Part shown: positions 51,875 to 59,936 of the stretch, piece after piece | Layout: the number at the start of each line of letters is the position of its first letter | How positions within the stretch are numbered: the first letter of the stretch is position 1 | Virus record (IMG/VR): IMGVR_UViG_3300032893_000048 | Coordinates: 1 to 59,936 of that record | Strand: one strand, 5' to 3' | Length of the DNA: 59,936 nt | Source: a virus | Lineage: Duplodnaviria; Caudoviricetes | Position numbers and translations under genes: made by a program | Notes under the pieces: generated by a model | Database searches by the model: none | Told to the model about the DNA's origin: nothing | What the model saw: the letters and a program-made list of their open reading frames with translations, nothing else

Positions 51875-53354
51875 ATTTACGTCGGACCCGACGGAGCTCC
51901 TGGAGGGCCACGAACAGCGCGTCCTGGCCCCGCTTCTTCGAGTGGAGGGCCCCGATGATCTGCTCGTCGATGGTATCGCGGGCGATGATGTGGTGAACGA
52001 AAACCCGCTTGGCATCGTTGCCCTGCCGCCATACGCGACGGATGAACTGGTCATAGTCCTCGTAGTTCCACGTCAGGGAATGCCAACATACATGGTGACC
52101 GGCCTGCTGCAGGTTCAACCCAAGCGAGACGGTCTGCGGGTGACCCAGCAGGACCGGCAGCTTCCCGGCGTTCCACAGGCCCTCCAGCTCCTTGGCTCGC
52201 TTGCCGGTCACCCCGCCGCCTAGGTACGGCACGTCCTTCCCCAGCACCTGGCGGAGGCGGTCCAGGTCATGCTCGAAGTCGTAGGCCACGAGCAGCGGGC
52301 TGCCCTGCAGCTCCTCGACCAGGTCCGCCACGGCATTCGCCTTCTCATGGTGCAGGTCGACCCACTCCCGCTTCCTGAGCTTCTTCTTGATCAGCCCGTC
52401 AAGCTCAGGCGCGAGGAAGACCCCACCGTTGGCCACCTGCCGGCACTTCATGCTGGCCACCGCGGCCGTGGCAGCCGTTACCACCCGGTCGTCCAGCTGC
52501 GAGATGAGGTCATCCTCCAGCTCGTCGTAGACCCGACGGGCGTCATCCGGCAGGTCGACATAGATCGGGTTGGGGTGAAGCTTGGGCATATCGATGTTGC
52601 CCTCGGCCCCGATTCGCAGCGCCAGCGGCTTGATCCGCTCATATATCTCGATGTCGGCCCCCTCACGGAGGTCCCAGCTGAACCCGTCGTAGCTAGGCAG
52701 GAAGTACTTCTGCCGGTAATGGGTGATGTACGGGCCGAGCGATCGTCCCTCATCCAGGATGTAGCACTGGCCGAAGAGGTCCATCAACCCGTTGGCCGCG
52801 GGGGACCCCGTCAGCCCCCACCGGCGGGCGAACGTGGGCACGACCTCCCGCAGGGCCTTGAAGCGGGCGGTGGTGCCATGCTTGAAGCGGGTCAGCTCGT
52901 CGATGACGAGGTGATCGAACCCCAACTTCTTCCACCGCTTCATATCTACCTTGACGCTGACCCGGCCCTTCTTGGCGGATTTGGTCTTCTCGACCTGCAG
53001 CAGCCACTCCAACCCCTCCGGGTTGATGAGATAGATGTCGGCGTCCTCCTTCAGCAGCTCGTTCTTGTGGGGTCCGTGGAGAGTGACCATCCGCAACTTC
53101 CCGAAGTCCTCCCACTTCTGCAGCTCCGCCGGCCACACCAGCTGAATCACCCGGAGCGGCGCGATCAGGAGGATTTTGTGGGTCAGCTTCATCTTCAGCA
53201 GGACCTTGATGGCCGCCAGCGAGATGGAGGTCTTCCCAAGCCCTGGGTCCAAAAACAGCGCCGCCGCGGCATGCTCCAGGAGGAACTTGACCGCGGTCTT
53301 CTGATATTTCTTCGGCACCCACGGTACCGGAACTGGGGCAAAGATGTTGCTCAT
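51870..53354 (-). CDS. SNF2-family helicase
   Basis: LDPGLGKT, VIDEL, LTGSP, GLNLQ, QFIRRVWRQG. Confidence 0.95.
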   Translation of the reverse strand: MSNIFAPVPVPWVPKKYQKTAVKFLLEHAAAALFLDPGLGKTSISLAAIKVLLKMKLTHKILLIAPLRVIQLVWPAELQKWEDFGKLRMVTLHGPHKNELLKEDADIYLINPEGLEWLLQVEKTKSAKKGRVSVKVDMKRWKKLGFDHLVIDELTRFKHGTTARFKALREVVPTFARRWGLTGSPAANGLMDLFGQCYILDEGRSLGPYITHYRQKYFLPSYDGFSWDLREGADIEIYERIKPLALRIGAEGNIDMPKLHPNPIYVDLPDDARRVYDELEDDLISQLDDRVVTAATAAVASMKCRQVANGGVFLAPELDGLIKKKLRKREWVDLHHEKANAVADLVEELQGSPLLVAYDFEHDLDRLRQVLGKDVPYLGGGVTGKRAKELEGLWNAGKLPVLLGHPQTVSLGLNLQQAGHHVCWHSLTWNYEDYDQFIRRVWRQGNDAKRVFVHHIIARDTIDEQIIGALHSKKRGQDALFVALQELRRVRRKL

Positions 53355-53635
53355 AGCCGACGCAGAATCGCCTCCTTGAAGTCGTCAAGATCATCATAGA
53401 CCCCGACGTCGTAACCCAGCTTGCGGAGTAGGCGGTGAATGTACGCCTGCTTGGGCCGCGGTTCCTCATCCGGCCGCTTGAACTCCGCCAGGTGAGGCGA
53501 CCCACCTGGGATCATCACCAGCCGATCCGGCCACCCCGTGTCACCAGGCGTGACCAACTTCGGGGCCGGCAGGTGCAACTCATTCCGCACCCACGCGGCC
53601 CCTGCTCGCTCGATCTGGGTCTCTAGAACTCGCAC
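53351..53635 (-). CDS. VRR-NUC nuclease
   Basis: GWPDRL...AEFKRP...PRPKQ...H..L..LG; start uncertain. Confidence 0.9.
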   Translation of the reverse strand: MRVLETQIERAGAAWVRNELHLPAPKLVTPGDTGWPDRLVMIPGGSPHLAEFKRPDEEPRPKQAYIHRLLRKLGYDVGVYDDLDDFKEAILRRL

Positions 53636-54348
53636 TGCCCGCCCCCGTTGGCCGCGTTCGACCGACGATAGAAGCACCACTTGCACCTATCGTTGGGCCG
53701 TGGGGCGAAGACGGTATCGTTCATCATTGGCTTGACCCGCTTCTCCCACGTCTTCTTCAGCTTGGGCAGGTCGGCCTGGGTATAGGCCTCAGGAATCTCC
53801 GGGTGAATCTTACCGGCGTCGGTGTAAGCCAACCGCGGTTGGACCTCCTTGATATGCGGGTGAAGCAGGAGGGCCCCCAGGGCATACAGCTCCAGCTGCT
53901 CCTCGTAGTCGGTCACCGTATCCGGCCGGAAGGACCCGGTCTTCCAGTCGGTGATCACCAGGGTGTCCTCATCGAGGTGATGGGCGCAGTCCAGCTTGAT
54001 GCGCAACCAACAGCCGGTCCAGTCATTCCACATCGTGCGGTCCCAGGTCTTGGTGAAGGCCCACGAATCCTCTACCACCATGGCCAGCGACTTCTTCTTG
54101 TACATCGCCCGAAGGGTGGTGAACTCGCCCTTGAGCAACTTCAGCTCCGCCGGCATGGCACGAATCTTGCCCTTGATGTAGTCCTCCGCCAGCTTGTGAA
54201 TCTCACTGCCTCGGGCCATGGCCTGGTTCGGCGGCTCGGTGATCTTGTCCAAGAAAGCCAGCTTCGCCTTCCGCGGGCATTGCTTGTAGGTGGTGTACCG
54301 GCTGTAGGACCAGCTGGTCAGCTGCTTCGGGGGCGGACGGCGGCTCAT
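53623..54348 (-). CDS. PD-(D/E)XK Cas4/RecB-like exonuclease
   Basis: WSYSR...CP, RGSEIH, KLD, ITDWKTG, QLELYA, CKWC...C. Confidence 0.92.
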   Translation of the reverse strand: MSRRPPPKQLTSWSYSRYTTYKQCPRKAKLAFLDKITEPPNQAMARGSEIHKLAEDYIKGKIRAMPAELKLLKGEFTTLRAMYKKKSLAMVVEDSWAFTKTWDRTMWNDWTGCWLRIKLDCAHHLDEDTLVITDWKTGSFRPDTVTDYEEQLELYALGALLLHPHIKEVQPRLAYTDAGKIHPEIPEAYTQADLPKLKKTWEKRVKPMMNDTVFAPRPNDRCKWCFYRRSNAANGGGQCEF

Positions 54349-56276
54349 ACGGTCTTTCCTTTCTTGTCAACATCGATGAGCGAATCCCAGTTGGTCTCTG
54401 AGACCGCGCCCTCACTTAACATCGGCACATCGAACTCAATGCTCTCCATCGCCTGACGAAGCACCTGCATCTCACCCTTTGCGAGCTTCTTCGGCACCGA
54501 GACGGTGATCTGATCATGCACATTGAGGATGATCTTGGCCTCCGGGTGCTTGACCGCGTGGTAGCGGATCAGTGCCTCCTTGGTGCAGTCCGCAGCGGAG
54601 CCCTGAATGAGCACGTTCACCAGCTTATAATCGAACTCCCGGATGCGGCCCTCGACCAGCCGCGGTGGCTCGCAGTAGTACTCACGGCCGCCCCATGTGC
54701 GCACAGGCTGATTGGTCTTGGCCCGCAGCTTCATGTCCTGATACATCGCCTTGAGGCCGGGGTAAAGCAACAGAATGGCCTTCTTCAGCTCGCCGGCCTC
54801 CTCCACCGACATATCGTTCTTTGCTGCCAGCTTGCCCACCCCCATGCCATAGATCAGGCCCAGGTTGGTGTTCTTCACCGGCTTGCGCTCGTAGTGCTTC
54901 CCCATCTTGGCCAGCTCGGCCTTCGCATAATCGTGAAAATCGATCCACGGGTCCTCGAGGTACTTCTGAAGCAGCGATCCGCCGTCGAAGTGAGCGAGGA
55001 TGCGCGGTTCCTGCTGGCTGTAGTCGCGGTCGATCAGCACGTGGCCCTTGAACGGGATGATGTAACTCCGCACCCGTGGCAGCGCCGGCATGGTCTTGAA
55101 TGGGCATTTCGGCAACCCCTTCTTCGGCGCCTCGTGGTGAAAGATCGGCGAGAACTCCTTGGGGATGTTCTGGAAGTTTGGAGTGCTGGAGAGGCGCCCG
55201 GTGCGGGTTCCCACGCTGTGGTCGCCTGACGGCGCCTTCGTCTGGTTCCAGGTGGTGAAGATCAGGCCACCCGATCGCCGTGCAATGGCTAGCCACGGCC
55301 GCATGAAGGTGTTGAGGCAGGTGCTCAGCTGGGTCCGGTACTTCAGCATCGCCAGCAGCGGCTTATCCGTGACCGCGATCAGCAGGGCCTCCTTGTTGGT
55401 CTGGAACTTCCCGGTCGGGGTCCGTGGCACCTGGTCCGCATCGGCCTTGCCGGCAGCGATGAGGGCCGCCATCAGCTGCTCACCGGAATCGAGGTTGAAC
55501 GACGTATCCTTAGCGCTAATACCCAGGGTCTTCGTGATCCACTTGTTGATGTTGCCCAACCAAACTGAATAGGAGGCGACATCGATCTCCAGCTGACGCA
55601 GGTCAACCGGCAGGCCCTGGCGCTCCATCTCCAGCAGGATGGGGAGCAGCTTCAGCTCGCGCTCGTAGGCCGCCAGCATCCCGCGCTCGACGGTCTTCGG
55701 GTAGAGCAGGTCGAACAGCTGGGCGGTGCGGTCGACGTCACCGATCGCGTAAGGCCCCACCACGGTGGAACCCGGGGCGAAGGCGATGTACCGACCAAAG
55801 TAACGCTCGGAGTTCTTGGACCGGCTGATCTTGACCCCCTTAATGGGCTGGTGCTTGATCAGCCACTCACCCACGGCGTCCTGCTCCTCCGGCGGCAGGC
55901 CCAGGAGCCGCTCCGCGCTGGGCTTGAGGCTCAGCTCGGTTTGATGTGGATCGTCAAGGAACAGCAGGAACATGGTGTCATGAATCGCCACCTGCCCCAG
56001 GTTGACACCCATGTGGGTCTCAGCCACGTCCAGGTCAAACTTCATATTCTGACAGAGCACGCCGTCCTTATGGGCCGCAGCCTTCAGCAGCACCTCCTTG
56101 GCCTCGTCCCACGTCGAGTTGTTGTCGGTGGGATGGCCCCAGGCATAGTACTTGCCCGGCTTGCCTGGCCACTTGACCGCCACCCCCACCGGCACCGGCG
56201 GATAAGCAGGCCGGCCCTCGATGCCCATCGTCTCGAAGTCGACCGTGACCGGCTTTGGAATCCTGTCCTTTTTCAT
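54345..56276 (-). CDS. polA: DNA polymerase family A with 3'-5' exonuclease
   Basis: VDFET exo I, TGRLSS.PNFQNIP, DYSQQEPR, RKPVKNTNLGLIYG, IQGSAAD, VHDQ. Confidence 0.97.
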   Translation of the reverse strand: MKKDRIPKPVTVDFETMGIEGRPAYPPVPVGVAVKWPGKPGKYYAWGHPTDNNSTWDEAKEVLLKAAAHKDGVLCQNMKFDLDVAETHMGVNLGQVAIHDTMFLLFLDDPHQTELSLKPSAERLLGLPPEEQDAVGEWLIKHQPIKGVKISRSKNSERYFGRYIAFAPGSTVVGPYAIGDVDRTAQLFDLLYPKTVERGMLAAYERELKLLPILLEMERQGLPVDLRQLEIDVASYSVWLGNINKWITKTLGISAKDTSFNLDSGEQLMAALIAAGKADADQVPRTPTGKFQTNKEALLIAVTDKPLLAMLKYRTQLSTCLNTFMRPWLAIARRSGGLIFTTWNQTKAPSGDHSVGTRTGRLSSTPNFQNIPKEFSPIFHHEAPKKGLPKCPFKTMPALPRVRSYIIPFKGHVLIDRDYSQQEPRILAHFDGGSLLQKYLEDPWIDFHDYAKAELAKMGKHYERKPVKNTNLGLIYGMGVGKLAAKNDMSVEEAGELKKAILLLYPGLKAMYQDMKLRAKTNQPVRTWGGREYYCEPPRLVEGRIREFDYKLVNVLIQGSAADCTKEALIRYHAVKHPEAKIILNVHDQITVSVPKKLAKGEMQVLRQAMESIEFDVPMLSEGAVSETNWDSLIDVDKKGKTV

Positions 56277-56467
56277 TTGGCCAGCTCCGCCCGCTCACGG
56301 TCGGCCCGGACCTTGTTCAGCCTGGAGTGAATGCGCTTGAGAAACTGCTGACGCTTTTTGCCTGCCTTCTCCGCCTTCAGCAGGGCCTGACAGGTGGCCT
56401 CGTTGGCATCGCGCAATGCATCATTCAGGGCGACCCAGGTTGCGAGGGCCTCGTCAATCTTGCTCAT
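56273..56467 (-). CDS. Small conserved phage protein
   Basis: W..LN..L...E..GKKR..FLKRIH.R. Confidence 0.75.
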   Translation of the reverse strand: MSKIDEALATWVALNDALRDANEATCQALLKAEKAGKKRQQFLKRIHSRLNKVRADRERAELAK

Positions 56468-56485
56468 TCTTACCTCCTAAATCGA

Positions 56486-56503
56486 TGCCGGCCGAAGCCG
56501 GCA
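56486..56503 (-). terminator. Hairpin (UUCG loop on the - strand)
   Basis: tgccggc-cgaa-gccggca. Confidence 0.45.
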
Positions 56504-56512
56504 CCTGGTGGA

Positions 56513-57328
56513 TCAATACTTACGACCGCGCGCAGCTGTTTTCTTCTTGGTCGCGGGCTTGCGACGCTGAGGTTGCTCTTCTTCCTCAGCCAGCTGATAA
56601 GGGAACTCGATAACCGATTTGGCCTCCTCGTGGCGTGTCATGATCGCGCCCATCAGCTCATCAGGCAGCTGGGTGAGCGGCTCGAAGATCACCTTGAACT
56701 GACTCTTCGGATCGGGGACCACCTTCACCTTGGTGACGATGCCGTGCGGCGGCCGCTTGAGGGCCCCGGCCACCTGTTTGACAAAGGCCGCGTAACCCTT
56801 GATCGACGTGACCGGCAGTTTCATGAAGCCGATCTGGGTGGACTCATAGTGCTCAGCGTCGTCGATCAGCTCGAGCTTGCCCGCGGCGGTGAGGTGCCCA
56901 GCCGGGATCATCGCCAGGCGGCGGGTGTTGCGGCAGGCCTTGCCACGACCGACGTTGGCGGTGCCGAACTCGTTCATCTCACACCCCTTGCACTGGGGCG
57001 CCATGGCCTGACCGGCCTCGACAACCGACTTGTGGGGGCCCATCGTGTTCTCATCGCGTCCATGAGCGAAGCAGTGCGGGGACTGAGGTTCACCCTTGAT
57101 GTAGGGTCCGTCGTAGTAGACGTTCTCCAGGACCGCGTCGAGGATCACCACCGCCATCTGGTTACCCTCGATCGGGGCGTCGTTCCAGGTCAGGATGCCG
57201 CCCTCGAGACCGAAGAACCGACCGGAGGCGGTGCTCTCCTCCATTCCTGCCGCGATCTGAGCTTGTCGAGCAAGCTCCTCATCCCACTTCGCCACGGCGG
57301 TGCCGGGCTTCTTCTTTGCAGTTGCCAT
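56513..57328 (-). CDS. Putative ssDNA-binding/replication protein
   Basis: 271 aa upstream of polA; PHCFA...CKGC..N.FG....GKACRN.RRL; strong RBS. Confidence 0.6.
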   Translation of the reverse strand: MATAKKKPGTAVAKWDEELARQAQIAAGMEESTASGRFFGLEGGILTWNDAPIEGNQMAVVILDAVLENVYYDGPYIKGEPQSPHCFAHGRDENTMGPHKSVVEAGQAMAPQCKGCEMNEFGTANVGRGKACRNTRRLAMIPAGHLTAAGKLELIDDAEHYESTQIGFMKLPVTSIKGYAAFVKQVAGALKRPPHGIVTKVKVVPDPKSQFKVIFEPLTQLPDELMGAIMTRHEEAKSVIEFPYQLAEEEEQPQRRKPATKKKTAARGRKY

Positions 57329-57431
57329 ACAAGCTCCTTGTTACGAGATACTAGTTACGAGTTACGTGGACGACCGTCACCGGTCGGCGATCATTCTACC
57401 TTGTCAGTTGGTGGAATAAAATATGCAGTTA

Positions 57432-57764
57432 TCAGCTGTCGCTTAAAGAGGACCCACTGTCACTGCTTGAGCTGCTATCATCCCACGAGGACGTCGCCCC
57501 GGCGCCACCGAACCCGCCATCACTCGGCTGCTCATAGGTATCCCGCGTCGTCTCAGTCGAGGGAGCTGGAACGATCATGTCCAGGTTGTTCAGGTTGCCG
57601 ATCAGGGTCCCCAGCGTGAAGATGTGGATGTTATCCTCATCATAGCAGACATGCTCAGGCTTCTTGTTGAGCCGCTCCTCCAGCAGCTTTGCGGTGTGCG
57701 GGCAGCTAGTTGAGCAGATGGGGCCATTTGGAAGGCGGAACTTCCAAGCGCGTGGAGTCATCAT
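57432..57764 (-). CDS. Hypothetical protein with Gly/Ser-rich tail
   Basis: GGFGGAGATSSWDDSSSS. Confidence 0.65.
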   Translation of the reverse strand: MMTPRAWKFRLPNGPICSTSCPHTAKLLEERLNKKPEHVCYDEDNIHIFTLGTLIGNLNNLDMIVPAPSTETTRDTYEQPSDGGFGGAGATSSWDDSSSSSDSGSSLSDS

Positions 57765-58018
57765 ATCTTGTCACCTCCTCGATAAAATTCAGTTAGATGC
57801 TTCATGCGCTCGTTCCAGTCGGCCTTGACGTGGACCTCAGGCTCCTTGACGTGGAACTCCAGTTGCTTTTGATACCTCGTCCATTTAGCCCGTTCCTCCA
57901 AACGTCCCTCACGGAAGCCAACGCGATACCAATAGATCGCGGTGTAGATCACGAACCCTACAACGACGATGCTTAACATGATGAAATCCAGGTACTTGAT
58001 CATCCGGCCATCCCCCAT
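57761..58018 (-). CDS. Membrane-anchored hypothetical protein
   Basis: TM followed by GFREGRLEER; start uncertain. Confidence 0.6.
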   Translation of the reverse strand: MGDGRMIKYLDFIMLSIVVVGFVIYTAIYWYRVGFREGRLEERAKWTRYQKQLEFHVKEPEVHVKADWNERMKHLTEFYRGGDKI

Positions 58019-58103
58019 AAGATTACCCCGGTGCAGATTGACCACACCAATAGATCAAACTTGTCCTTCATCAACATGAACGTAACGACGATGATCGTGG
58101 CGG

Positions 58104-58442
58104 TCATGTCTCCTCCCTCTCCTCAAACAGCCCACCACAATATGGGCAGTACTTCACCTCGCCCTCACCGAGCCATGCCACATTTGGGCTGCAGCTTGGC
58201 ACATGCCAACCATCTTTGTCAAGGCCTTGCACGCAGACCTTGAGGAGCTCAGGTTCAGCGGACGACGGTACCTGGACGGTCTCCAGCAGCTCGATCAACC
58301 GCAGCCCGTTGCCGCCGTAACCCGGTTCCAGCTGATAAGCAATGCGATTTGCGGCATCCCCAGCCAGCTGCGCCGCCATCGACAGCTTGCTTACTGCCGT
58401 CTCGATGCGATGGATCGCGGCCCAGTTGATCTCTTGGCTCAT
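58104..58442 (-). CDS. Hypothetical protein with C-terminal Zn ribbon (paralog of 59293-59478)
   Basis: RIAY.LE.GYGGNG..LI.LLE; KYCPYCG. Confidence 0.75.
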   Translation of the reverse strand: MSQEINWAAIHRIETAVSKLSMAAQLAGDAANRIAYQLEPGYGGNGLRLIELLETVQVPSSAEPELLKVCVQGLDKDGWHVPSCSPNVAWLGEGEVKYCPYCGGLFEEREET

Positions 58443-58505
58443 CAGTCATGTCTCCTATGAATCATAAGAATTGTAATAACCAGGCCAATCAGCACCCATA
58501 CGATG

Positions 58506-58955
58506 TCAGACCACATTAGTCTGAGCCTTTGATCTCCCCATGGCGGCATCGACGGCATCATCACCACTCAGACCTTGTACAAGACTAAGTGCGATGTTAG
58601 TTGTTATGCGATCGGCCTCCTTCGAGCTTTCACCTGTCATGATGGGCCGCACGTAAATATAGCGCTCGGAGTTCTGCTTCAGCCCCTCAACGAGCTCAGG
58701 CAGGTCATGCCAACTCCAAAGCGTGTCCTCAGGCGGCTTCCCACGAACTATGGCTACCGTCCGCGTCAACAGGTCAGCCATCTTGGTGCTCACCCGCTCG
58801 CGTTCCTCAGCCTCCTGCTGAAGCTGCGCATTCTCGGCGCGCAGTCGGGCATGTAATTGGTCCGCCCACGTTCGTATGACCACCTGATCTGCAAGTGCAA
58901 GCTCAGCGTTCATGCTACCTAGCAGCACCGCCATATCCTCATCGCTCACGGTCAT
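58506..58955 (-). CDS. Hypothetical protein
   Basis: Coiled coil, WSWHDLPE, ERY.Y.R motif. Confidence 0.7.
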   Translation of the reverse strand: MTVSDEDMAVLLGSMNAELALADQVVIRTWADQLHARLRAENAQLQQEAEERERVSTKMADLLTRTVAIVRGKPPEDTLWSWHDLPELVEGLKQNSERYIYVRPIMTGESSKEADRITTNIALSLVQGLSGDDAVDAAMGRSKAQTNVV

Positions 58956-59296
58956 GACTGCGTTACCTCTCCCTCGGTTATGTGGCCGTGGAATCCAAGG
59001 GCATCCAGCCCTATCGACGGAGACAGCGTCAGCGTTTCGAACGTGTCGCCGCTTACTCGGTGATGGAATCCTTCGTGCGGAACCGGAGTCCCCCTATGTT
59101 CCCATCCATCCGGGTCAATGGGCGGCCAAAAATTCACGGCCAACCGTCGCTCTCGACTTGCCCCACAAGTCGGACATTTCGAGTGGTCGTGATTAGGGTG
59201 AAGGAAAGAGACTCCTATATAAAACCGTGGGGCGCCTTCATAAGACATGCCTTGTGGTGCTATCCAATGCGGCTTCAGGTCTACGAGTCTGGTCAT
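58952..59296 (-). CDS. DUF6527-like metal-binding protein
   Basis: CPTC...GDTFETLTLSPSI...FHGHITEGEV. Confidence 0.6.
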   Translation of the reverse strand: MTRLVDLKPHWIAPQGMSYEGAPRFYIGVSFLHPNHDHSKCPTCGASRERRLAVNFWPPIDPDGWEHRGTPVPHEGFHHRVSGDTFETLTLSPSIGLDALGFHGHITEGEVTQS

Positions 59297-59478
59297 GGCT
59301 TGGCCTCCGTATCAGCATCTTCAAGTAACTGAATTAACTTGATACCATTCCCGCCGTACCCATCTTCTAATAAGTAGGCGATGCGTCTAGCGGCTTCCTC
59401 CATCCGGTCAGCGGCATTGGACATTTTTGATGCGGCTTCCTCTATGTGATGAACCATCTGCCAAGATAAGTCGTTCAT
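59293..59478 (-). CDS. Hypothetical protein (paralog of 58104-58442)
   Basis: RIAYLLEDGYGGNGIKLIQLLE. Confidence 0.75.
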   Translation of the reverse strand: MNDLSWQMVHHIEEAASKMSNAADRMEEAARRIAYLLEDGYGGNGIKLIQLLEDADTEAKP

Positions 59479-59904
59479 TGCTTAGTCTCCGGCAAAAGCC
59501 GCCGCAGCGCATTGGCGACCATACGGCTTTCAAAGCGGATTGACGCGCATATCTCATCCTCCGCTCCGTCGTCATACTCCTGTATCAGCGCCTCGATCAC
59601 GCTCACCGGGACGGAGGGCTCGGCGGGCGGGGGAGGGGCGACTAGCTGCATGTGCTTTATCCAATCGGCCTCCAGCACCTTGTTCTGCCCATTTATCCGA
59701 ATATGAAGGTTCGTGTAGTGCGCGTGCTTTAGATACTCCACCGTTTTGCGAATCGTGTTGACCTGCAAGTGGTTAATATTATCGTCGGTAATGACGAATG
59801 CCACCGGGATGGATTGCTTGGCTGACGTTTCCTCGTCCTTCTCGTAAGCTTTTGGTATCTCGTGCTCGTCAGGATCGCAAGGGGGAATCGGGGCGGCTGC
59901 AATC
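59475..59904 (-). CDS. 3' part of the junction-spanning hypothetical protein (start at 338)
   Basis: In-frame continuation across the terminal repeat. Confidence 0.8.
59779..59904. repeat. Terminal direct repeat / circular overlap, copy 2
   Basis: Identical to 1-126. Confidence 0.95.
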
Positions 59905-59936
59905 CTGACGAGCACGAGATACCAAAAGCTTACGAG

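Noticed and set aside
53623-54348. Cas4-like nuclease as evidence of CRISPR
   Set aside because: Stand-alone PD-(D/E)XK exonuclease in the usual PolA/VRR-NUC/SNF2 replication module
57393-57421. Ninth member of the promoter family upstream of the SSB-like gene
   Set aside because: Good -10 (TAGAAT) but no TTTACA at 17-nt spacing
59905-59936. Inverted terminal repeat or hairpin telomere
   Set aside because: It is a short reverse copy of internal bases 63-94 appended after the circular overlap; no protelomerase seen; likely a chimeric read end
1-59936. Integrase, repressor, introns/inteins, or a recoded genetic code
   Set aside because: No recognisable recombinase or CI motifs; terminase, polymerase and helicase have normal lengths; the standard code gives dense, coupled ORFs

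Overview
The window is a complete, circularly permuted genome of a tailed dsDNA phage (about 59,778 bp unique). Bases 1-126 repeat at 59779-59904, and one gene reads cleanly across that junction. It is GC-rich with a siphovirus-type tail module, and Rz/Rz1 spanins point to a Gram-negative host. No integrase or clear repressor was seen. The + strand block (14445-44880) holds packaging, head, tail and lysis genes. The - strand arm holds early and replication genes: PolA, SNF2 helicase, VRR-NUC, primase-helicase, ligase, ThyX and a cytosine-modification cluster. Four systems stand out. (1) Head polyproteins: a portal-pyrophosphatase-like-ADP-ribosyltransferase-MuF fusion and a protease-scaffold fusion, in which cargo modules are each headed by the same tag K|GDxPGH(E/D)FHGNQ. 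(2) A structured primase leader RNA with two antisense elements, one against a conserved RBS motif of early transcripts and one against the primase and exonuclease RBSs. (3) A split LamG lectin whose missing first beta-strand (LLLHMD) is carried on three other tail proteins. (4) A T4/Xp12-like dCMP-modifying pathway with an added SAM methyltransferase and a kinase-UDG-like fusion. All family assignments are motif recognition by eye; no database searches were run.
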